A stretch of 64,000 nt of DNA, from positions 1,588,395 to 1,652,394 of the forward strand of contig NW_003314302.1 in the NCBI RefSeq assembly GCF_000143415.4, read 5' to 3'. Numbering within the stretch: position 1 is the first letter of the stretch; every line of letters starts with the position of its first letter. Shown piece after piece: positions 48,042-60,108 of this stretch. The translations under genes were made by a program, and so were the position numbers. A model generated the notes under the pieces. That model worked only from the letters and a program-made list of their open reading frames with translations. It made no database searches and was not told the origin of the DNA. The stretch is from Selaginella moellendorffii. Its lineage: Eukaryota > Plantae > Lycopodiophyta.

Positions 48042-48703
48042 ATGGAGGGAAAGGTCGAGCAGGCTTTGCGGCGTCCCACTCCATTCCAGGTCTTCGTCCG
48101 GGAATTGAAGCAGAAGAAGGTGGAGATGACGAGCACTGTGATCGCGCTGATGTGCATTGTTTTCTCGAGCAAGCTGGTGAGCTTGAAGAACGAGAGGAAC
48201 GCTTTCGACAGCGAGCACGAGGAGAGGATGGAAAATCTGAGGGAGGATAACAGGAAGCTGAGGGAGAAGCTGGGGGCAGTGAGCGAGCGAGTGATGCAAG
48301 AGGCGAGCAAGCAGCAGGGCAGAAAGATTGAACCGTTGTCTACGCGGATCGATGCCATATTTGAGGAGCTCAACTTGGTTCCTTCGGCTGGTTCTGCTGC
48401 TGCTACTGCTACCACGGATCCTTCCAAAGGTAAGCTTTTTCGTGTTCTTTCTCTTTGCTTGCGTTTTTGGTTCCTTTTTTTCATTGTTCTTCCAAATCGT
48501 GGATGATTTGCTTGCCTCCATCCTTTGTTTTGATTTCTGTTCTTCCAAATCTCCAAGTTCTTGGATGCTTTGCTTCCATCCTTTGTTTTAATTTGTCACT
48601 GTTCTCCAAATCTCTTTGGTTTCGAAGTTTCTTCTTTTTGGTTATCTCATAGCTCTTTGTGATTTCAGATAATAGCAAACCATCTGGAAAGTTTTTTGTG
48701 TGA
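48042..48703 (+). CDS. Small single-TM coiled-coil protein of unknown function (exons 48042-48429 and 48669-48703)
   Basis: Hydrophobic segment, coiled coil and PLSTRIDAIFEE. A GT-AG intron keeps the frame to ...SGKFFV*. Confidence 0.7.
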
Positions 48704-49248
48704 AAGAATCGACAGAGCTGCGAAAGATTTTTCTGTTTGGGCGAGAGCAAGAACTTTGAGGAATCAAAATCATTTTTTCTTCTGGTCTCTTTGTGTGATC
48801 AGGCACCATGTTTCTCAAGCCATCACGCTGGCGATTCAGGCCAATAGGGAAACAAAATCAAACATCATTTCACACGATTGTTCTATCGGCAATCCTACCA
48901 GAGCGAGGAACAGAGAAGAGAAAAATGGATTCGCCGCTCGCAGACATTGGATTGCCTAGGATTCCATCTCGGCCGGGTGAAATGAGAGGCACTAGCAGGA
49001 AATCGCCGAGTCCTCCTTTGGAATCGGCCCACAAATCGGCAAAATGTCAAGAGCAAGCTTGAAAGGAGATTCTAGACAGAAAATCCTTCTCAAAATGCTC
49101 CCGATCGATCGCTCTTCGCTCCCAACGGATCAGCAAAGCCACGGGAAAGCGCTGCAACGTGATCATTGAAGAGCGTTGCTAGAAACCCTAGCTATGGCTG
49201 CGCGATTTAGGGCTCGTCTTCTAGTATTATTCTGGAAGAACCCTAATT

Positions 49249-51072
49249 TCAGAGAGAGGAACGAAGCTCGATGGGCGGGAAGCTCTCTTCCAGCGACAGG
49301 AGCTCCCGAAAGGAGACGCGCTTGATCCATCGCAGCTCTCCACTCAGGTACATCCGCCGCGCCTCGGATCTTCTCAGCTTGCCGGATGTCGTCTTGGGAA
49401 TGGATCGCGGCGAAACGAGCACGATCGTCCAGACCGGGGCTTCGTGCTTGCTGAGAATCTCGACGAAGATCCTCGACGCGATCGCCTGCGCGTCTGGAGT
49501 GGCGATCGATCCACTGGCGGTCTCGGCGATCAAGACGATGTTCTCACCTCGGGCTTGGAATATGACCGCGCAACCAGGCCGGAGGAGTGGAGAGAATGAG
49601 AATGCGGTGGATTCCAGGTACTGTGGATGGATCTTTCTCCTCCCTCCGTCCAGCAGCAGCTGATCTTTGATTCTTCCAGTGATGAACAAGAATCCATGGG
49701 AGATGACTCCAGTGTCGCCGGTGCGAAGGAAGAAAGCCCTGGATCCATGGATTTTGGCCTGGAATGTCTGCGATGACAATGCTGGATCGTTCACATAGCC
49801 GCTTCCCATGCTTGGAGAGGAAATCCACACCTCGCCTTCCTCTCCATCAGGTACTTCTTTGCTTGTCCCTGGATCCACGACTCTGAGATTCATCTCTTGC
49901 AGATCATCGTGCGCGCTTGAGATCTTTCCGCTGGGAAGAAGGTCTTGGTACACTGGAAAGTCACCGGATTTCTTCCATGCCGTGCACACAAACGTGGAGT
50001 TCTCGGCCAGCCCGTAAGAAGGTGCTATGGAATCCTTTCTCAGTCCGAATCTAGAGAAGCTCTTGAGGAAACTATTCACGCTTGCTGCCAGGATGGGCTC
50101 GTTGACGAGAATCAAGCTCTCGAGGTGTGACAAATCCAGTTGCAAATGCCGAGCTTTGGGATCTGGAAATGAGTTATCCTGGACGAGTTTGGATTCTACC
50201 AGAGGGAGAGCAAATGCGGGCACCACGGTACAGGTAGCTTTGAATTTGGAGAGCATCTCCAGCCATAGCCATGGCCTTTTAGAGAAGGAAAATGGCGAGC
50301 TAAGGAAGCTTGTTGCCCCGCAGGTGATGGTGAGAAGGATGAACATGAGGCCACAGTCGTGATACAGTGGAAGCCACGAGACGATGATGCTGGACGGCTG
50401 GAGGTCGTAAGCTCTTCTAGCCGCTCGAGCGTTGTGCGCTGCCGCTCCAGCGGAGATCATCACCGGTTTTGGAGCGCCAGTCGATCCGGAAGTATACTGG
50501 ATCAGGAACAAATCCTCCGCTCTGGAAAGCCTCACGTAAGAATCATCGTCGACTGACTCCAAACTGACACTGTGGATCTTGTCTGGCTCCAGTGCTATCC
50601 AGCGCAGGTTGAAGTACGCGGCGATGGCTTTTGCGGACGATCCATCAAGTTGCGCGCTCAACGATTTCGGAGAAATAAATGCCACTGGTGAGGCCTCTAG
50701 AATGACTTCCATGATATCCTTACCGCTCTTGGTTTTGTTAGAAGAAGCCGACGGTGGCACGAGTGGGATTACAGCGATCCCCGCTCGCTGGCAGCCGAAG
50801 ATAACAGAGATGAAATCGAGGCCTGGTGGATAGAGCAAGACTACACGGTCGCCACGCTTAAGACCCTCGACATGGATCAGCCAGCTTGAGGTAGCGGCAG
50901 CGAGAGAATCCAGAAGACCGTATGTCAAGACAGCCGGCTCTTCCTCTTCGCTGGACTCGTCGATCCACACGAAAGCCGGCTTGCTGTGGAAGGCTGCTTG
51001 CCGGGACCAGATTGAGAGGCAGTGATCAACGACTGGGCAGTCGGGGAAGATGGGATCATAGTTGAGCTCCAT
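49249..51072 (-). CDS. Fatty acyl-AMP ligase (FAAL/FadD-like adenylate-forming enzyme), intronless
   Basis: IQYTSGSTGAPK, SWLPLYHDCGL, SYGLAENS, LRTGD, GRIKD and IPKTTSGKLRR. Confidence 0.9.
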   Translation of the reverse strand: MELNYDPIFPDCPVVDHCLSIWSRQAAFHSKPAFVWIDESSEEEEPAVLTYGLLDSLAAATSSWLIHVEGLKRGDRVVLLYPPGLDFISVIFGCQRAGIAVIPLVPPSASSNKTKSGKDIMEVILEASPVAFISPKSLSAQLDGSSAKAIAAYFNLRWIALEPDKIHSVSLESVDDDSYVRLSRAEDLFLIQYTSGSTGAPKPVMISAGAAAHNARAARRAYDLQPSSIIVSWLPLYHDCGLMFILLTITCGATSFLSSPFSFSKRPWLWLEMLSKFKATCTVVPAFALPLVESKLVQDNSFPDPKARHLQLDLSHLESLILVNEPILAASVNSFLKSFSRFGLRKDSIAPSYGLAENSTFVCTAWKKSGDFPVYQDLLPSGKISSAHDDLQEMNLRVVDPGTSKEVPDGEEGEVWISSPSMGSGYVNDPALSSQTFQAKIHGSRAFFLRTGDTGVISHGFLFITGRIKDQLLLDGGRRKIHPQYLESTAFSFSPLLRPGCAVIFQARGENIVLIAETASGSIATPDAQAIASRIFVEILSKHEAPVWTIVLVSPRSIPKTTSGKLRRSEARRMYLSGELRWIKRVSFRELLSLEESFPPIELRSSL

Positions 51073-54000
51073 GGGAGGTTGTCGCCGAGGAAAGAAGCAT
51101 GGAGTTTTATATGAAGATATGTTTTAAAGTCCGGCCAGACGAGGAACTCCCGAGAGCATATCTTTTGATCCACCTTGTTAGAAACGAGCAAGAAGAAAAT
51201 GCCATGGTGGAACCCTGTTGCTTGCACTCTTTAACAAAATATATAGATATGATTTTCTTTTCGCACCATACTTCAATCAAAAGTGAGTCCTCTAATCTTA
51301 TCTTTAGATTAAAGTTTTAGATGTATGGATATAATATGCTAATTACTCATTTTTTGTGTTCCTGTTGGTTCTTGAAAAATATTACAAAGTTTGATGTTAA
51401 AAACCAGTTAAAGTTTTTGTAGATAGGCTTATTCCTTTTATTTTACTTTAACTCTTTCCTTTCTTCCTGCCTTCATACCTTTTTGTTAACATCTATGTTT
51501 GCATTTATATTGTTGATTGAGTGCTGGCCTGTGCTTCCTCCAAATCTTGTTCATTCTCCTTTTAAATTTGTTTTCCAACTGCCTATGTTTAAGTTCATGC
51601 AAGAAATTTAAAAGCCATGCAATTTTACAGTCTTAATGCCCAGCTCCTCCCTGATCGCCCTAACTAATTTGGAAGCACACGAACGTTTGTACAAAACCAG
51701 CTGCCATTTGAACCCACGATTGTGGTTGCCACATGGATTAGAGATCTGAAAGGGGTTTACAACACTACCATTAATGGTAGAAGAAATTATTTTGATGTGC
51801 TGCAGCAATTCAAATTTAGCTTTTGTAAATGTTGTGGCTCTAGACAAGTTCATATTGCTTGCAAACACTTGCTTGAGGCTGCAAAATGTACTAGACAAAA
51901 TTGTGACATGTGACACATGTATGGTTAGGTGTAGTGTTATGGTGTAACGCAAAAAGACAGAGATCTAGTTGCTCTAGACTATGCTATACCACTTCTTGAG
52001 ATTCCTCACCACCCAACCACCCCTGAGTTACCTCAAAAGCTCCACTATGCCGTTACTCCACTATGAGCCCTAGGGTAAGTTAAGTCAATATACCTTGAGC
52101 CTCCCTTTGACTGATGTTGACCATGTGGTCAAAGCTAGTGCCTAACAATTCTTCCCTGCCGTCCCAAGGACGAGTTGTACACCTTTTCTGGGGAATCCTG
52201 CTCAAGCTCTTGGTTCATCTCCCACAGCCGTATACATCAAGAAGGCATTGGGCCCGTCACTCCGAGATAGTACACCTGGATGAATTTTCATTGTAGCTGG
52301 TAACCGCACCTGATAAGCCACTTTACTAATGTGCTTTAGCACTTCATATAGACTACCATATTGATGGGAAAGTTTATCACTCTTCCCTGTCCATAAAGGC
52401 ACCAAGGTGTTCTGCCGCTCACTTGACGGAAAGATCACTTACACAAAGACGAAATCACCCACTTTATATTCCTAGAATTGTTGATGCTTATTAGCAAACT
52501 TCTCCACTCTATCCTAAGTTGTCTGTAAATTTTGCTTGCACACCACTAGAATCTCATCAAGTTCTATGGCCAAATTAGTTGCCCCAGAATCAAGCTTATC
52601 TTGAATGTCCTTACTTAAATGCAATCCTAACTCCACTGCTATTCAGGGATGCCTTCCAAACATGGCAAAATAAGGGCTTAACTTGGTTCCACTGTGTTTA
52701 TTATTGTTATAAGCGAATTGCACCAACAAAGGATATAGATCCCATTGTCCTTGCCTTTGACCAACACTAAAAAATAGCATATCTTCCACCACCTGATTCA
52801 CACACTTGGTTTGCCCATTTCTCTGAAGATGATCTTCTCTCGAGAGTTTTAAAGTCACTTGCATAGCCTTCACAAAGCTCTTCCAAAATCCATTTTGAAC
52901 TTTGAATCTTGATCACTAATGATGTCCTCTGGCAAACTAAAATCAGGAAAAACCTTCTCCAAATAAACTGCAGCTAATTATGAGGCAGTGACAGTCTTTT
53001 GAAGAGCCAACAACCGCACATATTTTGTCAACCAATCTATGATGACCCATACTTGCTCCTTTTGCCTCTGTTGCATAGCAAACAAGTGATGAAGTCTATA
53101 GAAATATTACACCAATGGTTTTGAAGAATAGGTAAAGGTTGCAAAAGTCCCCTCGGCTTCTCCCATGTCACTTTAACCTGCTGACAGAGCTCGCATGATT
53201 TACAATACTTGAGAATATCAGCTTTCATATTCCTCCAATAAAAATTATGCCTAATCAACTCATATGTCTTCTTCCCCACAAAATGACCAGCCTCTTGGGC
53301 GGTTATGATAGTGGAATAAAACTTGAGTAATTAATACATCCACCTATGACAAATATACATAACTATTGTAGTAGAAAATCCCATCCACCAATGAGAAAGG
53401 GGCTTCCATTGGGTCTCACAAAGAGGCCACCTCAACATCTTGAGCTTGAGCACGCTCAACCAACTGCCAAACTTGCTGACCACTTTACTCAAATGATGAT
53501 AAAACTTTGTTTGTAATGCCGTCACTTGACGAACACGAGATAAAGCATCTGCCACCACATTTGATTTTCCCGGACAATACTCAATAGGAAACTCCCCAAA
53601 CTCTATGAGTTTGACCATCAAACGAGCTTGCCTAGTGTTCAACTCTTGTGTAAAATGATACACAAGTGGTTTGTGATTCGTCAACACCATGAATACTGCA
53701 CTATAAAGATAGTGCTGCCACGTCTGTAAAGCATGAATAATAGAAAGTAACTCTTACTCATATGTGGAATAGCATTGCTCTATGGGATTCAAAATTCGAC
53801 TCTCATATATAATAGGCTGTTCCTCTTGTATGAGAACTCCTCCCAGTACATAACCACTTGCATTGTATGTCACCTCGTAAGGTTTTGATGAATCAGCAAT
53901 GCAAAGCACTAGAGCCTTGTTCAACAATCGTTTCAGCGCCACAAAACTCTCTTCTTGTGGCTTCTTCCACTTGAAAGGCATGTTCTTGCAAACAACCATT

Positions 54001-55284
54001 TCAAAGGAATAGCCACCTCCACAAACTTATGCTGGAAACTTCAGTAGTAGTTAGCCCATACCAAGAAAACTACGTAACTTGGCCACTATAGTTGGTGTAG
54101 GCCAATTTTCCACCATAACCACCTTCCTTAGATCTGTCTTGACACCTTTAGATGTCACAATATGGCTTAAATATTCCACCTCCAATTGTGCAAACTCACA
54201 TTTGCTCTTCTTCGCATAAAATTTGCTATCATAGAGTAACAAAAGAACCTTGCGTAAATGCACCTTATGCTCTTCCATATTCTTGCTAAAAACAAGAATA
54301 TTGTCCAAAAAAATCTCCACAAACTCATGAAGATAATGCCCAAATACCTCCACTATTAACCGAGTAAATGTGGCTAATGCATTTGTCAAACCAAATATCA
54401 TAACTGTAAACTCAAAATGTCTGAAGTTTGTGTTGAATGCCATCTTGGAGATAGATGAATCAGCCATTGCAATTTGATGATATCCACTCCTCAAATTAAT
54501 TTTAGTAAACACTCGTGCTTCACTAAGTTTATCTAAGATATCATCCACATATAGCATCGGCATCTTATCCTTCATTGTCTTTTTGTTCAAGGCACGGTAG
54601 TCAATACATATCCATATTGAACTGTTATTTTTCTTCATAAGCAAGACTGGAGCACCAAAGGAGACTTACTTGGCTAAATAAATCCAAACTCAAATAACTC
54701 CTTAACCTGTTATTGAACTTTTTGCTCCTCCACATAACTTAACCAAAATGGACGCTAATAAATTGGCCGCGTCCCCAGCTCCAACATAATCCCATGCTTC
54801 ACACTTCGTAATGGAGGCAACATATGAGGAAGTTCAGATGAAAAAACATCAGAAAACTCATCAAGTACATCCTGTACTATTGCTTCTCCCCCGCACGTGC
54901 CTTGGTCCCCCAAGTCATGAACAAACAACAAGTAACTCGAAAGTGCTTTTCCATTACGACAAGCCTGCTTCAAAGATATAGTGGAGAGCATAACAACTAG
55001 AGGTTGAACTCCCTCTCTAAACCATAGATCTTTAAAGCCATCGTATTCTAGCAAGACATGTTTAATACTCCACTTTATCTCCAGATCCACCTTCACCAAC
55101 CATAGCATCCTAAGAATGAGATCCACATAATGGATATTCACAAGAGAAAAAGTCTCCACAAGTGTGGTTTTGCCAACTAACACTTTTAGCTTCTTTACAC
55201 AAGCATCGAAATGCTGAGCAAAGGTAGTTGCACCTTCCATTGTGTATGGAGGAACTCCATGTGTGACCAGGCCATGCTCCACAA

Positions 55285-57148
55285 TGTAAGCGACTAAATT
55301 TTCCAGTCTACTTTAGTCACTTAACCACACCTCTGACCACTTGGAGGAGTCTCATTCGCAACCTCTATAAGTCCAATCCAGGACTTGGGACTTGCTAGCC
55401 CCGAGAATGGCATCCCTACCACTCAACATTTGCACTTGGTCCAAGTGCTCCACGTGTCCGATCCCGTGACCGACACTCAAAGGTACCACCGACATAGCAG
55501 CCCGTTACGCTAAGGCCATGCCCAATCACCTTTGCTACACTGGTAGTCCAATACCATTTGCATCACCGTCTTGGCTCTCCAAGACTAGGCAAACCTTCCA
55601 TGAGTGGTCATCTCAGATCCACTCCTTAGCATCCTTAGGATGCCCACCGACCTGGGGAATCACCTTCCCCAAAGTCCCTTTGTTAGTTCCTACCAAGTCC
55701 CTTTCTGCCCCTGGCCGTGTTTGCCAACACTGCCACTGGATCGAGGCCCACAGGCCCGACCACTAAGTCCCATGGTCCTCTGGGACTTCCTCACCACACA
55801 ACTGTGTCCTTGGTCACTACCCCAGAGGACTGCTCCTCTTCCTTTCCACAGTCTAGGCCTTTGGGACAACATTTCGGAACACCGTGGCCTTACGCGAGCC
55901 ACCTGGGTACTCTCCCCGCCTTTCGCCTTTAGGTGCTCTAGCCATGGGCTTAGAGCGAGGTTCCGTTGAGCCACGCCTGGTATCCAAGTAGGTAGTGCCA
56001 CCCACACTTGGACTGGGAGCATCGGCCAGTCGATCTCCCGGGGGAACTAGAGCCGGCTCTTGAACACTTCACCAAGCTACCCCGCTTGTCGGTCCGTATT
56101 CACTCTAGTCTTGGACTTCCCAGTGGTCAATTCCTCACCCAACACTGGGTCTGGCCTTCCTGGGCCAAACTGGCCTTTCCTGGCCAAACTGGCTCCACTG
56201 CAGTCCTCCCCCTTACTATACTTTTGGAGCTCACCAAACCCCCCAGGGTCTGGAAGACGAACGCTTTGGGCTTTCACCCTCTCAGGCTCCGGACTCGGAC
56301 TCGGACTCGGACTCGGACTCGGACTCGGACTCGGACTCGGATTCGGACTCGGACTCGGGCTCGGGCTCGGTCTCGGCCTCGGCCTCGGTCTCGGTCTCGG
56401 TCCCGATCTCGGTCTCGGTCTCGGTCTCGGTCTCAGTCCCGGTCTCGGTCTCGACTTCGGACTCCATCTCGGACTCCATCTCGGACTCCATCTCGGACTC
56501 CATCTCGGGTCCATCTCGGACTCCATCTCGGACTCCATTTCGGGTCCATCTCGGGTCCACCTCGGACTCCATCTCGGACTCCATCTCGGACTCCATCTCG
56601 GGTCCATCTCGGACTCCATCTCGGACTCCATCTCGGGTCCATCTCGGACTCCACTTCGGACTCCAACTCGGGTCCATCTCGGGTCCACCTCGGACTCCAC
56701 TTCGGACTCCATCTCGGACTCCATCTCGGGTCCATCTCGGACTCCACTTCGGACTTCAACTCGGGTCCATCTCGGACTCCACTTCGGACTCCAACTCGGG
56801 TCCATCTCGGACTCCACTTCGGACTCCAACTCGAGTCCATCTCGGACTCCACTTCGGACTCCAACTCGGGTCCATCTCGGACTCCACTTTGGACTCCAAC
56901 TCGAGTCCATCTCGGACACTCCCACGTGTCATGTGTTGGTCCTTTTGGGTCCCTTTTTGGAGCCTTGCCTTTTGCTCGCTTCGTGCTCGTTCCTCGAGCA
57001 CTTCGTTGGGAGTTCCACTCCCGCTCTTGACTTTTCAAGTCGGAGCTTTTGGTCCAAACGTGTTACGCTCGTTTGGCTCTCGCTTCGGCCACTACCATGT
57101 GGCGCCCTTCCGGCTCCACTTTGGGGCCTAGGGATTTTGTGTCTCACA
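55285..57148. mobile_element. Solo-LTR-like insertion (TG...CA, CACAA TSD) nested in the gypsy protease
   Basis: CACAA at 55280-55284 and 57149-57153. Removing the insertion restores in-frame AKFVVEHGLV. Confidence 0.88.
56291..56917. repeat. GC-rich tandem array of 6-, 12- and 35-bp related units
   Basis: (GGACTC)n, (GGTCTC)n, (GGACTCCATCTC)n, then GGACTCCACTTC-GGACTCCAACTC-GGGTCCATCTC. Confidence 0.97.
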
Positions 57149-59699
57149 CACAACAAACTTTGCCAAAACAAAGTTGTTATCTCTCCCACTATCTAGTAAA
57201 ATCCGCATTGGACCACCATGGAACACGCCCTTCAGCATTAAAGCTGATTCATGAGTATCCTCGAACTCCATCTTGTTCCACACACAGTTGAGTTGACGAG
57301 CAACGATCGAAAGCCTCTTCCTCTGACTGGAATGGTCATCTCTGTCATCCTCACATTGCAAAATTTGCAACTTTTTAGTATCTAATTTACTGTTAGTAGA
57401 AGATTGACCATTTTTCTTGCTGCTTTACTGCTTATTCTTTAGCTGTGGACAATCAGCCTTGTAGTGTCCAAGCTCGCCGCAATGATGACAACCCTGTCTA
57501 TAATTCTTTACAAAGAACTTCTGCTTCATGGACCCCTTTGCATTTGAAGTAGTCACCACCAACTTCAACTTGTGATGCTTGTTTCCATCCTTGTATCCAT
57601 GGCGATCATTACGACAATTCTCGAAAGAAAAACTCCTCGAATGTTTGCAAGACTTGTGCTTGTCATTGTCAAATCGACAAGCCGCATCAAAGAGCTCCTC
57701 CAAACTCTTGATAGGCTGAGAATGATGCAAGTATTGCCGCATGCTCTCACTATGAAGGCCATCAATGAAGTAGGATTTGTTCTGATCTGGATCCTTCGTT
57801 AGAACACGGCTAATCAAGTGAGTAAGTTTCTCAATATAGTCCCTGAGCATCATTTTCCCTTGTTGGAAATGTCAAAGTTCTGTGCAAGCATTCTTCACGT
57901 CGTAGTGAAGGGCAAAATATAAATGCAAAGTAGCCTCAACCTCATCCATGGTAGACATTAGTGGTTTCTTATTTGTAATATGAGACTCCTCAAGCCAATT
58001 CCACCATTGAAGACCCACATCATGCAAAACCATTGGAATAGCCACTAAAGCCTCTACATCTAGAGTTCCCCTAGCTTCTTCACATTGACTAGCCAAGCGA
58101 GACACTCGTCCATACTACCATCACCAGGAAAAGTTGGAATCTAGAGTCGATCTACCAAGGAAGGTTTACTTGGAGCGCTACCATGTTTAGCCTCAAGTGC
58201 CTTAACACGCCCACACATGGTATCCATCATGCCATGCATCTCGTTTTGCATCTCTTGCTGATTTCGATTAAGAGCTCACAGCTCATGAACAACATCTTGA
58301 ATTGTCCAAATCTTCGCAGCTCCATTAGCACCATCGTCGGCACCACCATTGACAATAGGATTCCAGCGTTTAGCTTGGTCAGCCATTGCAACCAATTGCT
58401 CTAATACCAATGTTATGATCCGGCGCAAAAAAACAGAAATCTAATTACCCTAGACTATGCTACGCCACCTCTTGAAGTTCTTTACCACCCAACTACCCCC
58501 GAGCTACCTCAAAAGCTCCACTATGCCACCGCTCCATTGTGAGCCCTAGGGTAAGTTAAGTCCCTTACCCTAACATGCCTTAATATACCCTTGAGCCTCC
58601 TTTTGACTGACATTGACCATGTGGTCAAAGCTGGTGTCTAATATGTAGGGCATGGAATTCCAGGGCATTCTCCATAGCTGGTGCTCTACTTCTCAATTTC
58701 TTCAAATCCAGGGCTATCACATGCATGAAAGTGAACTTTTAGTGATAATTGATCAATAGATGTCGATGTGAGTCTTTCTTCCTGAGCTTACAGTGGTAGA
58801 GTGCTGTTGGCTTTGCTGGCAACTCCCTTCTCTCCTCCTGGGAAGCTATTTCATTTTCTTGCTTTGAAAAGGGGTACAAAGGTAGTGACCCTACTCTTTC
58901 TCCTCTCCTTTATATCACTATACATGTCCATCTATACATTTATATTGTACCATTTTGGTGACTCACTGCAAATAAAAAAGTCAATGATGAAGAAGAATCC
59001 ATTTTCCAAAAGCATATATCCAACTGAGGATTAAATCTAGAAGTCTGTTGTCTCAAGCTCCCAAACAAAAATGCAAAGAAAAACAAACATACATTGCTAC
59101 TCACAAAAAGAAATGCAAATCACCATGAGTTGGGTTGAAATCCAAGCATCACCTATCATAAGTGGTAGATCCCAATACTAAAAGAATTGAGCACTTCAGC
59201 AGACATTCAGTAGGAATCCAACACTACTTGGACATCCTGAACACCAAATGAACCATCATTTATAGCCTATTGTCAACGAAGGTAATGCTGAGGACTAGTT
59301 GCTTGAACCCCACCCAAGCCATAGTGCAAGAAAACAAACAAACAAGACCAAATGAGGCCACATAATCAACATAGGCAATGCAAAGCACATCATAAGTGAT
59401 TTGAAAACATACTAACATAGATCTTAATCCTCACCTTAGACACTAGCTACATGGAAAATGAAGACTTTACCTCACCAAGTGACACTAACTTGTGCAAAGA
59501 TTTACCTCCCAAAATATGCAAACGAGATGGGGCTTTCCAGGGAGACTACTAGCAAGCACATGCTTGAACTTGAGTTGGGGCAAGATCGTAAATGAAAAAT
59601 ATTTCTAACAAAGACCAGCATTAGTTGTAATGGAAAAGAGAACAAAATGAAACAATATGTAACAAACCTAGAAGAAAAAAAAGAGTTGGAAAAAATACC

Positions 59700-60100
59700 T
59701 CTTTAGATGTGTGGCATTGATTGGATTTGGCAACTTACGACCTGAGCACTCCACAAGATGGTACAAGTTCGTACCTACCACACCAAGTACCTAATATGGA
59801 CCAATCCATGGTGGTTGAAATTTTGCCAAATGAGCAATTGTAGCATCCAGCCAGTTTGTCACGAATGTGACTTCGGGTATCAAAAGATGCTTGTCAGCTA
59901 GTTCTTACAAGCACTCTCTCCTTACTGCTATGACGGTAGGAGGTCAGTATTGTTGGTTCCCTTTATGGTCTCCACTTAAGCTAGTTGAGAAATTGGTCAT
60001 CATATGTACACTTGACCAAATGAGCATAAGAAAAGAATTCTTAAATGCTATTAGTCAAGCATACTTGATCTGATTAAAGAAACTCATTTGTTGACTTGCA
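59700..60100 (-). mobile_element. Older gypsy integrase C-terminal remnant
   Basis: KFQPPWIGPY*VLGVVGTNLYHL...LPNPINATHLK resembles a GPY/F module. Confidence 0.6.
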
Positions 60101-60108
60101 CTTGCTAG

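Larger units (their letters stand above)
51935..58643 (-). mobile_element. Full-length decayed Ty3/gypsy LTR retrotransposon with TGTAG target-site duplication
   Basis: LTRs at 51935-52147 and 58411-58643. TSD at 51930-51934 and 58644-58648. PBS TGGTATTAGAGC (iMet-like) at 58398-58409. Gag CCHC, LLDSG protease, RT, RNase H and integrase in gypsy order. Confidence 0.95.

Noticed and set aside
48760-49248. Possible extra gene near telo-box motifs at about 49183 and 49239
   Set aside because: I could not build a coherent reading frame.
15686-51072. Biosynthetic gene cluster of GDSL, P450s and FAAL
   Set aside because: The GDSL and CYP71-clan copies are pseudogenes, and unrelated housekeeping genes are interspersed.
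56291-56917. CRISPR-like array
   Set aside because: There are no unique spacers and no cas genes, and the context is eukaryotic.
56008-57196. Long RS-, GL- and SP-rich ORFs in all six frames
   Set aside because: They are by-products of a stop-free tandem repeat inside a solo LTR.
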